The notes under the pieces: generated by a model
What the model was told of the DNA's origin: nothing
What the model saw: only the letters and a program-made list of their open reading frames with translations
The model's database searches: none
In this document: positions 54,475 to 64,000 of the stretch, one piece after another
Position numbering within the stretch: position 1 is the first letter of the stretch
Layout: every line of letters begins with the position of its first letter
Source: Candidatus Babelota bacterium
Lineage (GTDB): Bacteria > Babelota > Babeliae > Babelales > JAUPTZ01
Length of the DNA: 64,000 bases
Direction of reading: 5' to 3'
NCBI GenBank assembly: GCA_030917815.1
Contig: JAUPTZ010000005.1
Coordinates: 23,106 to 87,105, forward strand
Position numbers and translations under genes: made by a program

Positions 54475-56745
54475 ATGCGTATAAGCGAGTATGCTAAAGA
54501 GCACAATTTACAGCCGCGCGACGTTGTTGATACGTTGAAGCAAAATGGCCATCAAGTGACCGATCAAAGTTCGGAGCTAAATGGTGACATGACTGCACTT
54601 CTTGATCGAACGATTGGTGGCAGTAATTCTCGACCGCGTGGCCCTCGTCCTGGGGGTGATGCCGGTGCGCGAGGTCCTCGTCCGCCGCGTCCGGTTGGTG
54701 ATCGATCCAGTACTGCGCCTTATGCGCCGCGCACGCCACGTCCTGCCGGTGCCACTGGCGATGCAAAGCCTGAAGCTGGCGCTACTACATGGCGTCGACC
54801 AGCTACTGCTGGGGGGCGTCCTGAGGCTACCGCTGGTGCAGCGACTGCTCTTGTTGATAAAAAGACGAGTACCAAGAAAGGTGCTGCGCCTAAAAAGCGA
54901 ACGGCTAAAAAAGAGAAAGACGACACCGACGTCGAAGCAACGACTGTACAACAAAGCAATCGCACAAATCGTGAGACGATTATTACTCCGCCGTTGGTTG
55001 AAAGCGTTATTGTTAAAGGCGATATGCCATTGATTGAAGCGGCAGAATTGTTGCGTAAGCCGATCAGTGAAGTTATTTTTGTCCTGCTTAAAAATGGTAT
55101 AGCCAAGAATGTGCATGCCATTGTTACGCCGAGTGATATGGCTATTTTGGGTACTGCATTCTCAATAGGCATAACGGTTGAAGAGGCGCCTAAGCAAAAG
55201 CATTCGGCCTCTGTTTCTGCCGACAAGAAAACTAACTCCATCGAGGCACATGGTGAGCAGCGCTTGCCGATTGTTGTTGTTATGGGGCATGTTGACCACG
55301 GTAAGACGACCCTGCTTGATTATCTCCGCAAAACAAATGTTGTTGCCAAAGAAAAGGGTGGAATCACCCAGCATCTAAGTGCGTATGAAGTAAAGACCGG
55401 CAACAAAAGCTCGATTTTCCTTGATACTCCTGGCCACGAAGCGTTTTCCGCCATGCGGACCCGTGGAACTCGTATCACCGACATCGCGGTTATTATTGTT
55501 GCGGTTAATGACGGGCTTAAGCCGCAAACAATTGAGGCCATCAAGTTGGCTCAACAGGCCGCTGTGCCGATCGTTGTTGCGATTAATAAAATTGATAAAT
55601 TGGATTCAGAAGCTCAGCTTGAGACCATACGTACGCAGCTTGCACAGCACGGATTAACGCCTGAAGAATGGGGTGGGGATACGGTATGTGTAAAAATTTC
55701 GGCCAAGACCGGCCAGGGGGTTAATGACCTTCTTGATATGCTTGGGCTTGTTGCCGAGATGCTTGATTTGAAAACGACAACCAAGCTTCCAGCTCGAGCG
55801 TTTGTACTTGAGACTCGCCAACTAAAAGGGCATGGGCTTGCGGTGACAGTAATTTGCCGAGAAGGCATTTTACGCCGCGGAGATCATTTTACTTGTGGCC
55901 AAACAACTGGAAAAGTTCGCTTATTAATCGATAGTTATGGCGCTTTTGTTGACGAAGTTGGCCCTTCGATTCCGGTTCAAGTTATCGGATTTGATGAGGC
56001 TCATGGGCTTGGTGATTATCTTGACGTAGTAAGCGCTGCTGAATATCAAGAAGCTCGTGCAAATGCGCATAATCGTAAGCCGGCTACCATGTCGACTTCA
56101 TCGAAGCAGGGGCAATCAGCCGATACACCAGGGCTCCGCCTTATGTTTAAGGCAGATGTTCAAGGTTCGTGCCAGGCCATTATTGATGCGATTGGCAAAA
56201 TGGAGCAGCATGCAAAAAATAACTCGATTCGCATTGAGTTGTTGTCATGTGAGGTGGGTCCTATAACTGAGAGCGATGTGATTCGTGCCTCAGATACCGG
56301 TGCTATACTTTTTGGCTTGCATGTGCGTGCTGATAAAAATGCACAGGCAATGGCTAAAGAGAAGCGGGTAGAGATCATTCTTCATGATATTATCTATCAT
56401 CTTTTTGAGCAGATTGAGGCGCTTATCAAGACCGAGCGTCGTAAAATTATCCACTTGGTTGAGGCCGGTAAAGCTGAAGTACTTAAAGTGTTTCCAATCA
56501 AGGGACATAAGGTTATTGCTGGTTGCATGATCAAAGAAGGTATTCTTAAGATTGGTGACAAGGTCGTTTGCACTCGTTCTCGTCAGGAAATTGGAAGCGG
56601 CAAGGTTATTACCTTGCAACGTGATCGTAAAGAAGCCAAGGAAATCTATGCTGGCAACGACTGCGGTTTGCTTACCGATTCATTCCATGATTGGGCAGTG
56701 GGCGATCGTATAACGATCTTTACGCATCAACAAGAAGAAGAGTAA
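54475..56745 (+). CDS. infB: translation initiation factor IF-2
   Basis: GTPase motifs [20 protein letters not shown] and NKIDK. The N-terminal region is Pro/Arg/Gly/Ala-rich low complexity. The gene follows nusA, as is canonical. Confidence 0.95.
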   Translation: MRISEYAKEHNLQPRDVVDTLKQNGHQVTDQSSELNGDMTALLDRTIGGSNSRPRGPRPGGDAGARGPRPPRPVGDRSSTAPYAPRTPRPAGATGDAKPEAGATTWRRPATAGGRPEATAGAATALVDKKTSTKKGAAPKKRTAKKEKDDTDVEATTVQQSNRTNRETIITPPLVESVIVKGDMPLIEAAELLRKPISEVIFVLLKNGIAKNVHAIVTPSDMAILGTAFSIGITVEEAPKQKHSASVSADKKTNSIEAHGEQRLPIVVVMGHVDHGKTTLLDYLRKTNVVAKEKGGITQHLSAYEVKTGNKSSIFLDTPGHEAFSAMRTRGTRITDIAVIIVAVNDGLKPQTIEAIKLAQQAAVPIVVAINKIDKLDSEAQLETIRTQLAQHGLTPEEWGGDTVCVKISAKTGQGVNDLLDMLGLVAEMLDLKTTTKLPARAFVLETRQLKGHGLAVTVICREGILRRGDHFTCGQTTGKVRLLIDSYGAFVDEVGPSIPVQVIGFDEAHGLGDYLDVVSAAEYQEARANAHNRKPATMSTSSKQGQSADTPGLRLMFKADVQGSCQAIIDAIGKMEQHAKNNSIRIELLSCEVGPITESDVIRASDTGAILFGLHVRADKNAQAMAKEKRVEIILHDIIYHLFEQIEALIKTERRKIIHLVEAGKAEVLKVFPIKGHKVIAGCMIKEGILKIGDKVVCTRSRQEIGSGKVITLQRDRKEAKEIYAGNDCGLLTDSFHDWAVGDRITIFTHQQEEE

Positions 56746-56752
56746 TCCATAC

Positions 56753-57499
56753 TTATGGTGTGTCATCTCCAAACGAGACTTCTTGGCTAGCGCTTGGGGT
56801 AATCGGTATTGGAAGGGGCATGTTCGCCTGAGGTGTTGTTGCAACCGGGTTGACCGGTATCGCTACAGGCTCGGGAGTGGGAGCTTCGCTGCTTAATGGG
56901 GCTGGTTTGCTTTTGGTGGATTTCTTTGGCGTTGATAGCGTGCTGCCACTTTCGGCTAGCGCAGAAGGCGCTGCAGGGATTACAATGGTAGGTAGTGGGT
57001 TTTGAAAAGCGAGCGCTTTAAGTGTGGCGCTTAGTTTTGTTGCTGCGGCAATGTATCCGTTAAGTGCTTTTTCATGTCTGACCTTTCTCTTTATCATTTC
57101 CGGTGTTAATGATGTACCTGCAGTTTCTGCGGGCGCAGCCGGTATGTTGTTTAGCCAGGTGTTTCCCTCATTAATTTTATTTGTTAGGTATTGAGCCGAT
57201 GCAGCTGATGTGCTTGAGCCAAAATAGGATCGCCATTCATCGGCGCGCTGATTAAGAAGGTTGTCGATTGAGTTGTAGGTCATTTTGAAGCAATGTAAGA
57301 CGGTATTACCTATATCTGCCGCTTGCATGGTTAGGTTGTCAAGCGAGGCTTGAAGAGCGCTAAAAGCTGGTGGTTGTGCGGGGGGGGTAGCGGCTTGTGG
57401 AGCCGGCTGAACTTGTGGTTGTCGCATTGCTTGCACTCTAGACGCAGCAATTTGCATAGGGGTGATGAGTAGGAGAATTGACAGTAAAAAAATCAGCAT
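56753..57499 (-). CDS. secreted Ala/Pro-rich hypothetical protein
   Basis: Signal peptide and P/A-rich termini. It shares a short LNGYIA motif with the upstream neighbour. Confidence 0.45.
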   Translation of the reverse strand: MLIFLLSILLLITPMQIAASRVQAMRQPQVQPAPQAATPPAQPPAFSALQASLDNLTMQAADIGNTVLHCFKMTYNSIDNLLNQRADEWRSYFGSSTSAASAQYLTNKINEGNTWLNNIPAAPAETAGTSLTPEMIKRKVRHEKALNGYIAAATKLSATLKALAFQNPLPTIVIPAAPSALAESGSTLSTPKKSTKSKPAPLSSEAPTPEPVAIPVNPVATTPQANMPLPIPITPSASQEVSFGDDTP

Positions 57500-57518
57500 G
57501 ACTTAGCTCCCGCCCCGA

Positions 57519-57932
57519 TTACTTCTGGTGATAACTGTCAGATGTGGCACCAGAGCCAAGCGTTACACTAACTAGATATGTGTTGGTAAGTGTCTGCTTA
57601 AACGACGCATAGTTTGGCGACGTAAGCTTTTCGCTATTAATTGGTCCGGCATTTGCACTAAGCTCGGCTATTCTTTGGTTGAGCACGGTGACAAGTTGTT
57701 GTACGTCAAGGCTATTTTTATCTGCTTTCGCTATATACCCATTAAGCAATGAGAAGTAATTATCTCCGCTCTTGATTGTTGTGCTGTAGCTTCCGGGAGT
57801 AATTGGGCTGCCAAGAAAGGTCATAAGCGTTTGGTTTGCGTTTGCATTGACCATTGTTGCAGTACCAAGGCTGAGCACGGTTAATAGGAACGAGAGACAT
57901 ACAGATGATCTAAGCATGGTTTTGCCCTTCAT
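57519..57932 (-). CDS. secreted hypothetical protein (137 aa)
   Basis: Signal peptide (LSFLLTVLSLGTATMVNA). I recognise no family. Confidence 0.45.
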   Translation of the reverse strand: MKGKTMLRSSVCLSFLLTVLSLGTATMVNANANQTLMTFLGSPITPGSYSTTIKSGDNYFSLLNGYIAKADKNSLDVQQLVTVLNQRIAELSANAGPINSEKLTSPNYASFKQTLTNTYLVSVTLGSGATSDSYHQK

Positions 57933-58009
57933 GAAAAAAGCTTTCTACTTATTGTAAATAAGCTGACTGTTCATAGAATACAAAAACTGCCCTATTTGGC
58001 GCAATGGTT

Positions 58010-58924
58010 TTAGATAGAAGCGATAAGGCCGACCTTATTTTTTCGTGGTTTTGCGATACCGGCTATGATGCTGTCAAGACAGCTTTGTGAGCAGGTATAA
58101 TCATACGCCTCACGGCATTTGAGGCAGGAGATGAACTGTTTATTGCAGAGCGTGTTCATGCAGTTGGTATAGGTGTCGGCCGGCTCATGGCAGACATCAC
58201 AATCGGTTAAGATATCGTCATTGACTTTGAGTGCAATGCGATCATCAAAGACATAGTTTTTACCGCGGAAAAATCCGTTTGGGTACTTTTCAACGTAACG
58301 ACAGATTCCCCCCTTAATTTGATAGACCGCCTTGGCTACCTTTTTGACATTGAGGACCGCAGTGGCTCGTTCGCAGCGGATGCCCCCGGTGCAGTACATA
58401 AGAACCTCTTTGTCCTTAAAGGTCTCTAGGTTGTTTTCTATGTAAGCGGGAAAGTCGCGAAAGCTTTTAAGGTCAGGGATGAGGGCATTTTTGAATCTTC
58501 CAATACGGGATTCATAGTCGTTACGAGTGTCGAGAATAAGAAGATCCTTCTTCTCTTGAATGAGAGTATGCACTTCTTCAGGCGTCAAATGAGTACCGGT
58601 ATCGGCAACCGTAAGGTTTTCGGGGTCAATACCAAGCGCAACGATTTCTTTTTTAACTTTTACCATAAGACGAGGAAAATCGTTGGCTGAGCCGATGCTT
58701 TCTTTTAAGTCGACATCGCCAAAGAGGGGATGGGCAAGAAATTCACTTTTAAATTGTCCGATTTCTTCTAGCGTACCGCCAACAGTGCCATTGATGCCTT
58801 CGGTGCCGATGAGTATGCGGCCCTTGAGATTGAGGCGGCCACAAAGCTCACGAATCCATTTGGCTACTTGTTCTGGGTATTCAATGGCAATGTATTTGTA
58901 GTATAGAAGAATGAGGCCGTTCAT
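58010..58924 (-). CDS. trhO: rhodanese-domain protein TrhO/YceA (UPF0176; tRNA U34 hydroxylase family)
   Basis: N-terminus LLYYKYIAIEYPEQ...LKGRILIGTEGINGTVGG, a rhodanese active-site loop (MYCTGGIRCERA), and a Cys-rich C-terminus. Confidence 0.85.
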   Translation of the reverse strand: MNGLILLYYKYIAIEYPEQVAKWIRELCGRLNLKGRILIGTEGINGTVGGTLEEIGQFKSEFLAHPLFGDVDLKESIGSANDFPRLMVKVKKEIVALGIDPENLTVADTGTHLTPEEVHTLIQEKKDLLILDTRNDYESRIGRFKNALIPDLKSFRDFPAYIENNLETFKDKEVLMYCTGGIRCERATAVLNVKKVAKAVYQIKGGICRYVEKYPNGFFRGKNYVFDDRIALKVNDDILTDCDVCHEPADTYTNCMNTLCNKQFISCLKCREAYDYTCSQSCLDSIIAGIAKPRKNKVGLIASI

Positions 58925-59068
58925 AAAAGCTCCTAAGAATCAATGTTTTTTAAGAAACAGGTTGGTAGTATAGCGAAAATTTGCTCGGTATGCATCTACC
59001 CAGTTCACATGAAGTTCTATATAATTCGACGACGGGATTAAAGTCTTTATTTAGGGTCGGAAATAACT

Positions 59069-59917
59069 ATGGACATTGTAGCTTTTCAGGAAACTATTAA
59101 TGCTTACTATGCCACGCACAAGAGGGCCTTTCCTTGGCGTGATGTGAGCAACCCCTACTATGTTCTTGTCTCGGAAATCATGCTGCAACAGACGCAGACA
59201 TATCGGGTAGAGCCGAAATTTGAGCAGTTTATAGCGCAATTTCCTACCATTAATGATCTTGCAAGTGCGCCATTGGTTACCGTGCTTTTTGCATGGCAAG
59301 GCCTTGGCTATAACCGTCGCGCGAAATTTTTGCATAAAGCGGCACAAGAGATTGTGGCCATACATAATGGCCATGTGCCTGCAGAAGTTCCTCATCTTCA
59401 AGCACTTTCCGGACTTGGATATGCGACTGCCTCTTCGGTGGCCGCATTTGCTTACAATGTTCCTACCGTATTTATAGAAACTAATATTCGGGCCGTCTTC
59501 CTACACTTCTTTTTTAATGGGCAGGACAACATACACGATAAGCAACTTATGCCGCTCGTTACCAGTGCACTTGAGGGCCAAGACCCGCGCCAATGGTATT
59601 ACGCTCTGATGGATTATGGGGTCATGCTTAAGAAAACACACCCCAATCCAAGCCGTAAAAGTAAGCACCATGTAAAGCAATCTCGGTTTGAGGGGTCTGA
59701 CCGGCAAATACGAGGAGCGATTATTCGTGTTCTAACGAGTGTTTCGTATTCATTACCTTATGATACATTGGTAGCGATGGTGTGCGAAGATGTGGGCCGC
59801 TCGACGAGCGATAAAAAACTGGCTACTATTGTCCGAAAGCTTGCTGATGAGGGTTTGCTTTCTGTTGATGGAAATGATCACGTTCAAATTTATGATCGGT
59901 CTGTATATGGTAAGTAA
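59069..59917 (+). CDS. MutY-like HhH-GPD DNA glycosylase lacking the Fe-S cluster cysteines
   Basis: FPWR...PYYVLVSEIMLQQTQ (catalytic Glu context), WQGLGYNRRAKFLH and the HhH motif LSGLGYATASSVAAFA. The whole protein has only one Cys. IETNIRAV sits where MutY has LDGNVKRV. Confidence 0.7.
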   Translation: MDIVAFQETINAYYATHKRAFPWRDVSNPYYVLVSEIMLQQTQTYRVEPKFEQFIAQFPTINDLASAPLVTVLFAWQGLGYNRRAKFLHKAAQEIVAIHNGHVPAEVPHLQALSGLGYATASSVAAFAYNVPTVFIETNIRAVFLHFFFNGQDNIHDKQLMPLVTSALEGQDPRQWYYALMDYGVMLKKTHPNPSRKSKHHVKQSRFEGSDRQIRGAIIRVLTSVSYSLPYDTLVAMVCEDVGRSTSDKKLATIVRKLADEGLLSVDGNDHVQIYDRSVYGK

Positions 59918-60800
59918 CACGACAAATACGTGGCAGGGGGTTCGGGATACTGCATTTTGGGTTGCGCTCTATCGTGCGCGTGAGTCATTAAGAGCCGATC
60001 GGCTTTTTAATGATAGATGGGCGACACATTTAGTTGGAGAGGACAATGCGCGGGTTATTGAGAAGTTACCGCGCGTTTTTGCAAGTGAATGGAAGTATTC
60101 GTTGCGGACCGTTACTATCGATACTTTTATACAGAATGCGATTGACCGTGAGTTTATTGATGTTGTAGTGAACTTGGGGGCCGGGCTTGACATGCGCCCT
60201 TATCGTCTTGAGGTACCGTCACATATTGTGTGGGTCGAGGTGGATTTGCCCGAAATTATCGCTTATAAAGAAAAAAAAATAGCCTCTTTTACGCCGTATC
60301 CGATTCCTCATTGCCTCGTGAAGCGAATGGGCTGTGATCTTTCTAAAAAAGAAGAACAAGCAAAAGTGTTTAATGAGGTCGCAACATTTGGAAAACGGTG
60401 CCTCATCGTTACAGAGGGTCTTCTTATTTACCTTGAACAGTCGCAAGTAGCCCAGTTGATGAATGAAGTTGCCTCACATGGCGAAACTGTTTTCTGGGTT
60501 ACCGACTACCATACTGACTTTATGGTTTCCTGGTACAAAAAAACGGCACAATTACTTCTTAGTCACTTAAAAATGACTTTTAAATTCTCAGTTCCTAAAG
60601 ATAAGGGTGTGGCGTACTTTGAGCAATTTGGCTGGAAACCGGTTGCTGACATAAGCATGTTTGATGCTGCTTTTAAGTATGATCGCCGACCACCGTTTCT
60701 TGTGCGAGTTCAGGCATCGCTCGGCCTTGGTGGCCGAGGATCATATGTTCGTGCGATGTCTGGATGCTGCTTGCTTAAAAAAACAAAACTCACAGTATAA
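59907..60800 (+). CDS. class I SAM-dependent O-methyltransferase (LCMT/TIGR00027-like)
   Basis: TAFWVALYRARES...DRWATHLVGE and VVNLGAGLDMRPYRL. The ATG at 59907 overlaps the upstream gene by 11 nt, and the track ORF starts further upstream. Confidence 0.7.
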   Translation: MVSNTTNTWQGVRDTAFWVALYRARESLRADRLFNDRWATHLVGEDNARVIEKLPRVFASEWKYSLRTVTIDTFIQNAIDREFIDVVVNLGAGLDMRPYRLEVPSHIVWVEVDLPEIIAYKEKKIASFTPYPIPHCLVKRMGCDLSKKEEQAKVFNEVATFGKRCLIVTEGLLIYLEQSQVAQLMNEVASHGETVFWVTDYHTDFMVSWYKKTAQLLLSHLKMTFKFSVPKDKGVAYFEQFGWKPVADISMFDAAFKYDRRPPFLVRVQASLGLGGRGSYVRAMSGCCLLKKTKLTV

Positions 60801-63800
60801 ACTTTTGTGGCCGCGGGCTTCCATTTGCGGCGCGCAAATATCCTAAAGAAGTGGCAGCATTTTCTGCAACCTGTTGTCGGCTGCGAGTTGCTACCCATCG
60901 CTTGTTGATAGGGTATGATTGAATTCGTCCACCTGAACCTACAAATGCTACGCTGTTTTGAAGATTGTTCGCATACGCCGTTACATAGCGGTTATTTTGC
61001 GATGGCTGTTGAAACGTTAGTGCAAGAAAAGTTTCATCAACCGGCCCGGTAAATTGATACGTTGTTGGATTTATTTGTACCGCAGCGCGTCCATATTTAA
61101 GTATAGAGGTGTGTACCGAATCTGGCTGATTACGCAACATAAAGAGTGGCGGTGGTGCGAGTATTGAGTATTTACCGTTATCATCGGACCCGCCAACAAG
61201 TGGTGAAACGGTGTTCCAAATCGATACGACCTGTGGCGTTGCCTCACCGTTTCCATCACCAGGGACGATGCCTGCGCGCAAGAAGAGCACATTGCCGCCA
61301 CCCATAATTGCATCCGGCTTATTTTTATTGAGAGTTATAATATAGTTTGCGCGAGGAGCTTGTGGGCCAAAGGCAAGCAGCGAAGCGTTGCTGCTTGCGC
61401 CGTTTGCGACGATATGGTGCCAAAAATTGCCGTTCAACAGATTTAGGTTAATGTTGTAGACGTTAAAAAGGCTGTGCACATTCCAGGCATTAAACTGATC
61501 AGGATCGGTGTCTGGATCGGTTGTCTCATCTGGGATTGAGCCGTTGATGTTACCGTTTTTATTAATGGTACCAACTCCAAACCCAACAAAACCTTCTCGT
61601 GCTATGTAGAATTGAGAATTGGTGCCGTTAAGGGTAAGGGTGAAATCTATTGAGGTTGGCCTTGGTATGAATGGGGCTGAGAAGGCACCATACGCAGGGT
61701 TTGATGAATTGTTTGGGTAGTTGTCAGAATCTAGATTATTGCTGCCGCCTTCAATAATGTTCCCAACTTGAAATCCTCCACCGGAAGTATTTTGATCACC
61801 AATAAGCCACTGACTTTGATCATTAAGTTCTATGGTAATGTCGGTAACATTTGAGGTGTAATCGGCTTCAATACCAACTAATGCAGAGCGCATAATGGTC
61901 GCTATAGCATTGTCTGAGAATTTAAGGGTTCCAATCCCAAGAATTTTTGTGCGTACTTGATCGGGACCATCTTGTGCGTTAGTCCATCGATCAAGGTCAT
62001 AATTTTCCGGCCCTTGAAAAATAAGTTGTGCATTATCCTTGAACAGCAATGTTGGCGCAAGGTTGCGATTATTCGGTAGTACGTATGGAAGGCGCAATCG
62101 TGCATTAGGTTCGAAAACCAATTTCACTTTACCGCTAAAAACAATTTGTTGTCCACCCTCTACATCTCCTTTGCCAAACCCGGTAAGGTCTAGGGTGGTT
62201 CCTGCAGTCACCACGATCATTCGCTCGACATTTGAATAAAAAATAATGCGATGTCTGCCGGCAAGATCGGTGGGTACTCCGGGAATACATCGTGTTGGCA
62301 CCCCAGAGCTCGATCCAAATCCTGGTGCAGGGCGTAAGAAATTTGGGCCTGAGATGAAAAGATCGCTGTTGAGCGTGATAAGTGAGTCACCATCCGGCGT
62401 TATCTCTGCGGCCCCAAGAACCGAAAGTGATTGGCCGGAGTCCATCGAGAGATTGCCGTTACCTAATGCCACGAGTGCATCTTTTATATACACACGTGAA
62501 TAAGCCTCAGTCTTGGCCATATCAGGTAGGAGTAATTCTCGTACGTGATTGGTTACGTGCTCATTTGATCCGGTAGTAACAAAAGTGTTATTTGGGTATT
62601 GAGAATTTCCAGATGAGATTGATTGTTGTTGGTTTGATAATGTGGCGGCATCGGTCGTTGTAAGCCTTGAATGCATATAAGCGGCTGCCGTTGAGCTGGC
62701 GGTTGATTGCGAGTTCCCACTAAACCCTGGCGAAAAAGTACTCCCCGAGATGTTGAGTTGGGGCTCCAGAGCATCAAGAATGGTTTGGAGTGTTGTAAAA
62801 GCGGTGTTTCGATCATGCAGCGGAGAGCTATCTTCAGGATGAACATGATAATCGGTGTACCCATTATCAGAGAGGTAAGCTTCTATGGTTGATCTTATGG
62901 TATTAAACTTGCTGTTTATACAAAAAGTGATAGCGGCCGCAACCAATGTGGAAAAGAGGGTTGAGTTTGCATGTATATGGCTATACGTTACCAGGTTGTT
63001 TGCGAGGGCAGAAATGGTTGCAAGACGTGACGTTTGGCGGGCTTGTTCTTTCTCATCAACTTGTGTTTTTATGATTGATGGATCATTTGATCCATAAAGA
63101 CTTACCTGCTGCTCAAACCGTTCAAGGATAAGTGGATTTATGAGCGCTAGTGCGACTCCGAGGTCGTACATAAAGGCTGCTTCTTCAAAAAAGAAATCGC
63201 CAAAGCCTGCGAGATCTTCATTGCCATCCTGAGAAACGAGAGATCTGACTGATGCGGTAATATTACCAATGTTTGACCGCTGTATGCTTAAGATATTGTT
63301 AATAGCGGTTTTCGTGGTGTTAATAAGAGCTATTTTTTGGTCGGCAGTGAGTGTTGAAGGATCTGCAGTAAGCAGGGCGGTAAATGCATTTTCAAGGTTT
63401 TGAGTTGTAGCATTATAGTGTAAGTAGCCGTTTGAATCAGAAGTACCTAGGATGTACGTAGTCGCACCCAGCTCAAAATTCGTATTAAGAAAGTGAGAAA
63501 CCGAATGCCCGGCGAGAAGGGTATGAAACATGCCAGACAAAAGAGCCTGGGGCTTAAGTACCGTGTTGGTTCCGAGCGCAATGTCGATAGCTTCCAGGGC
63601 AGCTATTTTTTTATTGGCATAACTTGAGTCATTAGCCATGGTAATTAGTTTGGGTTTAATGGTTTGCCACACCCCTCCAAGTTGAGAAATTCTTAGGTAA
63701 TCAGAACATTGATTGGCGAGAAGAGTAGCAGCCATCTGTGTAGAAAAATAGTCGTAAGAGTAGAAGGTGGGAGATATTCGTGTCGGGTCGCCGTTTGCAG

Positions 63801-64000
63801 AACGGAACGACGCATATTGGATAGTAGAAGGTGTTGCGCCATCGTCGATGGTATATTCAAACATTGTGTCGGTCGCATTTTGCACGAGCAATCCATTTAT
63901 AGGGTCTCCAGTTCCTATGGCAATGTATCCATCATCGTAAGTTACCCAAAAAGTAGCATCGTCTGCCGGTCCAGGGTTGATTATTTGGGAGTAGAGCTCT
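60790..64000 (-). CDS. very large Asn/Thr/Ser/Gly-rich hypothetical protein, 5'-partial (over 1069 aa)
   Basis: The frame stays open from 63891 to the window edge (…ELYSQIINPGPADDATFWVTYDDGYIAIGTGDPINGLLVQN…), so the track's TTG start is not the true start. I recognise no family. The beta-rich repetitive composition suggests a surface or secreted protein. Confidence 0.6.
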   Translation of the reverse strand, partial: ELYSQIINPGPADDATFWVTYDDGYIAIGTGDPINGLLVQNATDTMFEYTIDDGATPSTIQYASFRSANGDPTRISPTFYSYDYFSTQMAATLLANQCSDYLRISQLGGVWQTIKPKLITMANDSSYANKKIAALEAIDIALGTNTVLKPQALLSGMFHTLLAGHSVSHFLNTNFELGATTYILGTSDSNGYLHYNATTQNLENAFTALLTADPSTLTADQKIALINTTKTAINNILSIQRSNIGNITASVRSLVSQDGNEDLAGFGDFFFEEAAFMYDLGVALALINPLILERFEQQVSLYGSNDPSIIKTQVDEKEQARQTSRLATISALANNLVTYSHIHANSTLFSTLVAAAITFCINSKFNTIRSTIEAYLSDNGYTDYHVHPEDSSPLHDRNTAFTTLQTILDALEPQLNISGSTFSPGFSGNSQSTASSTAAAYMHSRLTTTDAATLSNQQQSISSGNSQYPNNTFVTTGSNEHVTNHVRELLLPDMAKTEAYSRVYIKDALVALGNGNLSMDSGQSLSVLGAAEITPDGDSLITLNSDLFISGPNFLRPAPGFGSSSGVPTRCIPGVPTDLAGRHRIIFYSNVERMIVVTAGTTLDLTGFGKGDVEGGQQIVFSGKVKLVFEPNARLRLPYVLPNNRNLAPTLLFKDNAQLIFQGPENYDLDRWTNAQDGPDQVRTKILGIGTLKFSDNAIATIMRSALVGIEADYTSNVTDITIELNDQSQWLIGDQNTSGGGFQVGNIIEGGSNNLDSDNYPNNSSNPAYGAFSAPFIPRPTSIDFTLTLNGTNSQFYIAREGFVGFGVGTINKNGNINGSIPDETTDPDTDPDQFNAWNVHSLFNVYNINLNLLNGNFWHHIVANGASSNASLLAFGPQAPRANYIITLNKNKPDAIMGGGNVLFLRAGIVPGDGNGEATPQVVSIWNTVSPLVGGSDDNGKYSILAPPPLFMLRNQPDSVHTSILKYGRAAVQINPTTYQFTGPVDETFLALTFQQPSQNNRYVTAYANNLQNSVAFVGSGGRIQSYPINKRWVATRSRQQVAENAATSLGYLRAANGSPRPQKFIL

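Noticed and set aside
54494-55241. Several long antisense or alternate-frame ORFs (90-179 aa) over the 5' part of infB
   Set aside because: They lie in the GC-rich, low-complexity Pro/Arg/Gly/Ala-coding N-terminal region of IF-2, where stop codons are rare in all frames. The infB frame is the conserved one.
1-64000. Mobile elements, prophage or a genomic island
   Set aside because: I recognised no integrase, transposase, recombinase, phage structural genes, flanking direct repeats or tRNA attachment site. The paralog clusters look like in-situ duplications.

Overview
This 64-kb window is a compact stretch of chromosome, roughly 90% coding, with genes often overlapping by 1-17 nt. It comes from a diderm bacterium: it encodes secretins, MlaEF and beta-barrel-like outer-membrane proteins. 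I cannot assign a taxon from the sequence. The gene content (membrane pyrophosphatase, ThyX-type thymidylate synthase, many signal-peptide proteins, expanded secreted proteases, a eukaryote-like OGFr domain) suggests a host-associated or uncultured lineage, but that is inference only.

Housekeeping genes I recognise are smpB, a recD2-like helicase, a thyX-like gene, an MscK-like channel, hppA, leuS, secG, mlaE, mlaF, moxR, a family-4 UDG, nusA, infB, trhO, a MutY-like glycosylase and a SAM methyltransferase.

Accessory content is mostly paralog families of exported proteases:
- three tandem M16 genes of about 920 aa each;
- three M48/HtpX-like genes, of which only one keeps HExxH;
- two C11 clostripain-like genes.

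The most unusual locus is a tightly coupled plus-strand operon at about 40.7-50.6 kb. It encodes a GspC-like PDZ protein, secretin 1, a PilM-PilN (GspL-like) fusion, a PilO/GspM-like protein, secretin 2 (with a lipobox) and a short ComEC-like channel. No ATPase, platform or pilin genes occur anywhere in the window.

The second striking element is a textbook-looking oriC at 52.9-53.25 kb, between udg and nusA. It has two inverted arrays of DnaA boxes at about 11-bp phasing, then a further box, a C-rich cluster, DnaA-trio-like triplets and an AT-rich tract. No dnaA or dnaN gene lies nearby.

I found no rRNA, tRNA, CRISPR array, transposase or integrase. All protein-family calls rest on motifs read by eye. 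No database search was run.
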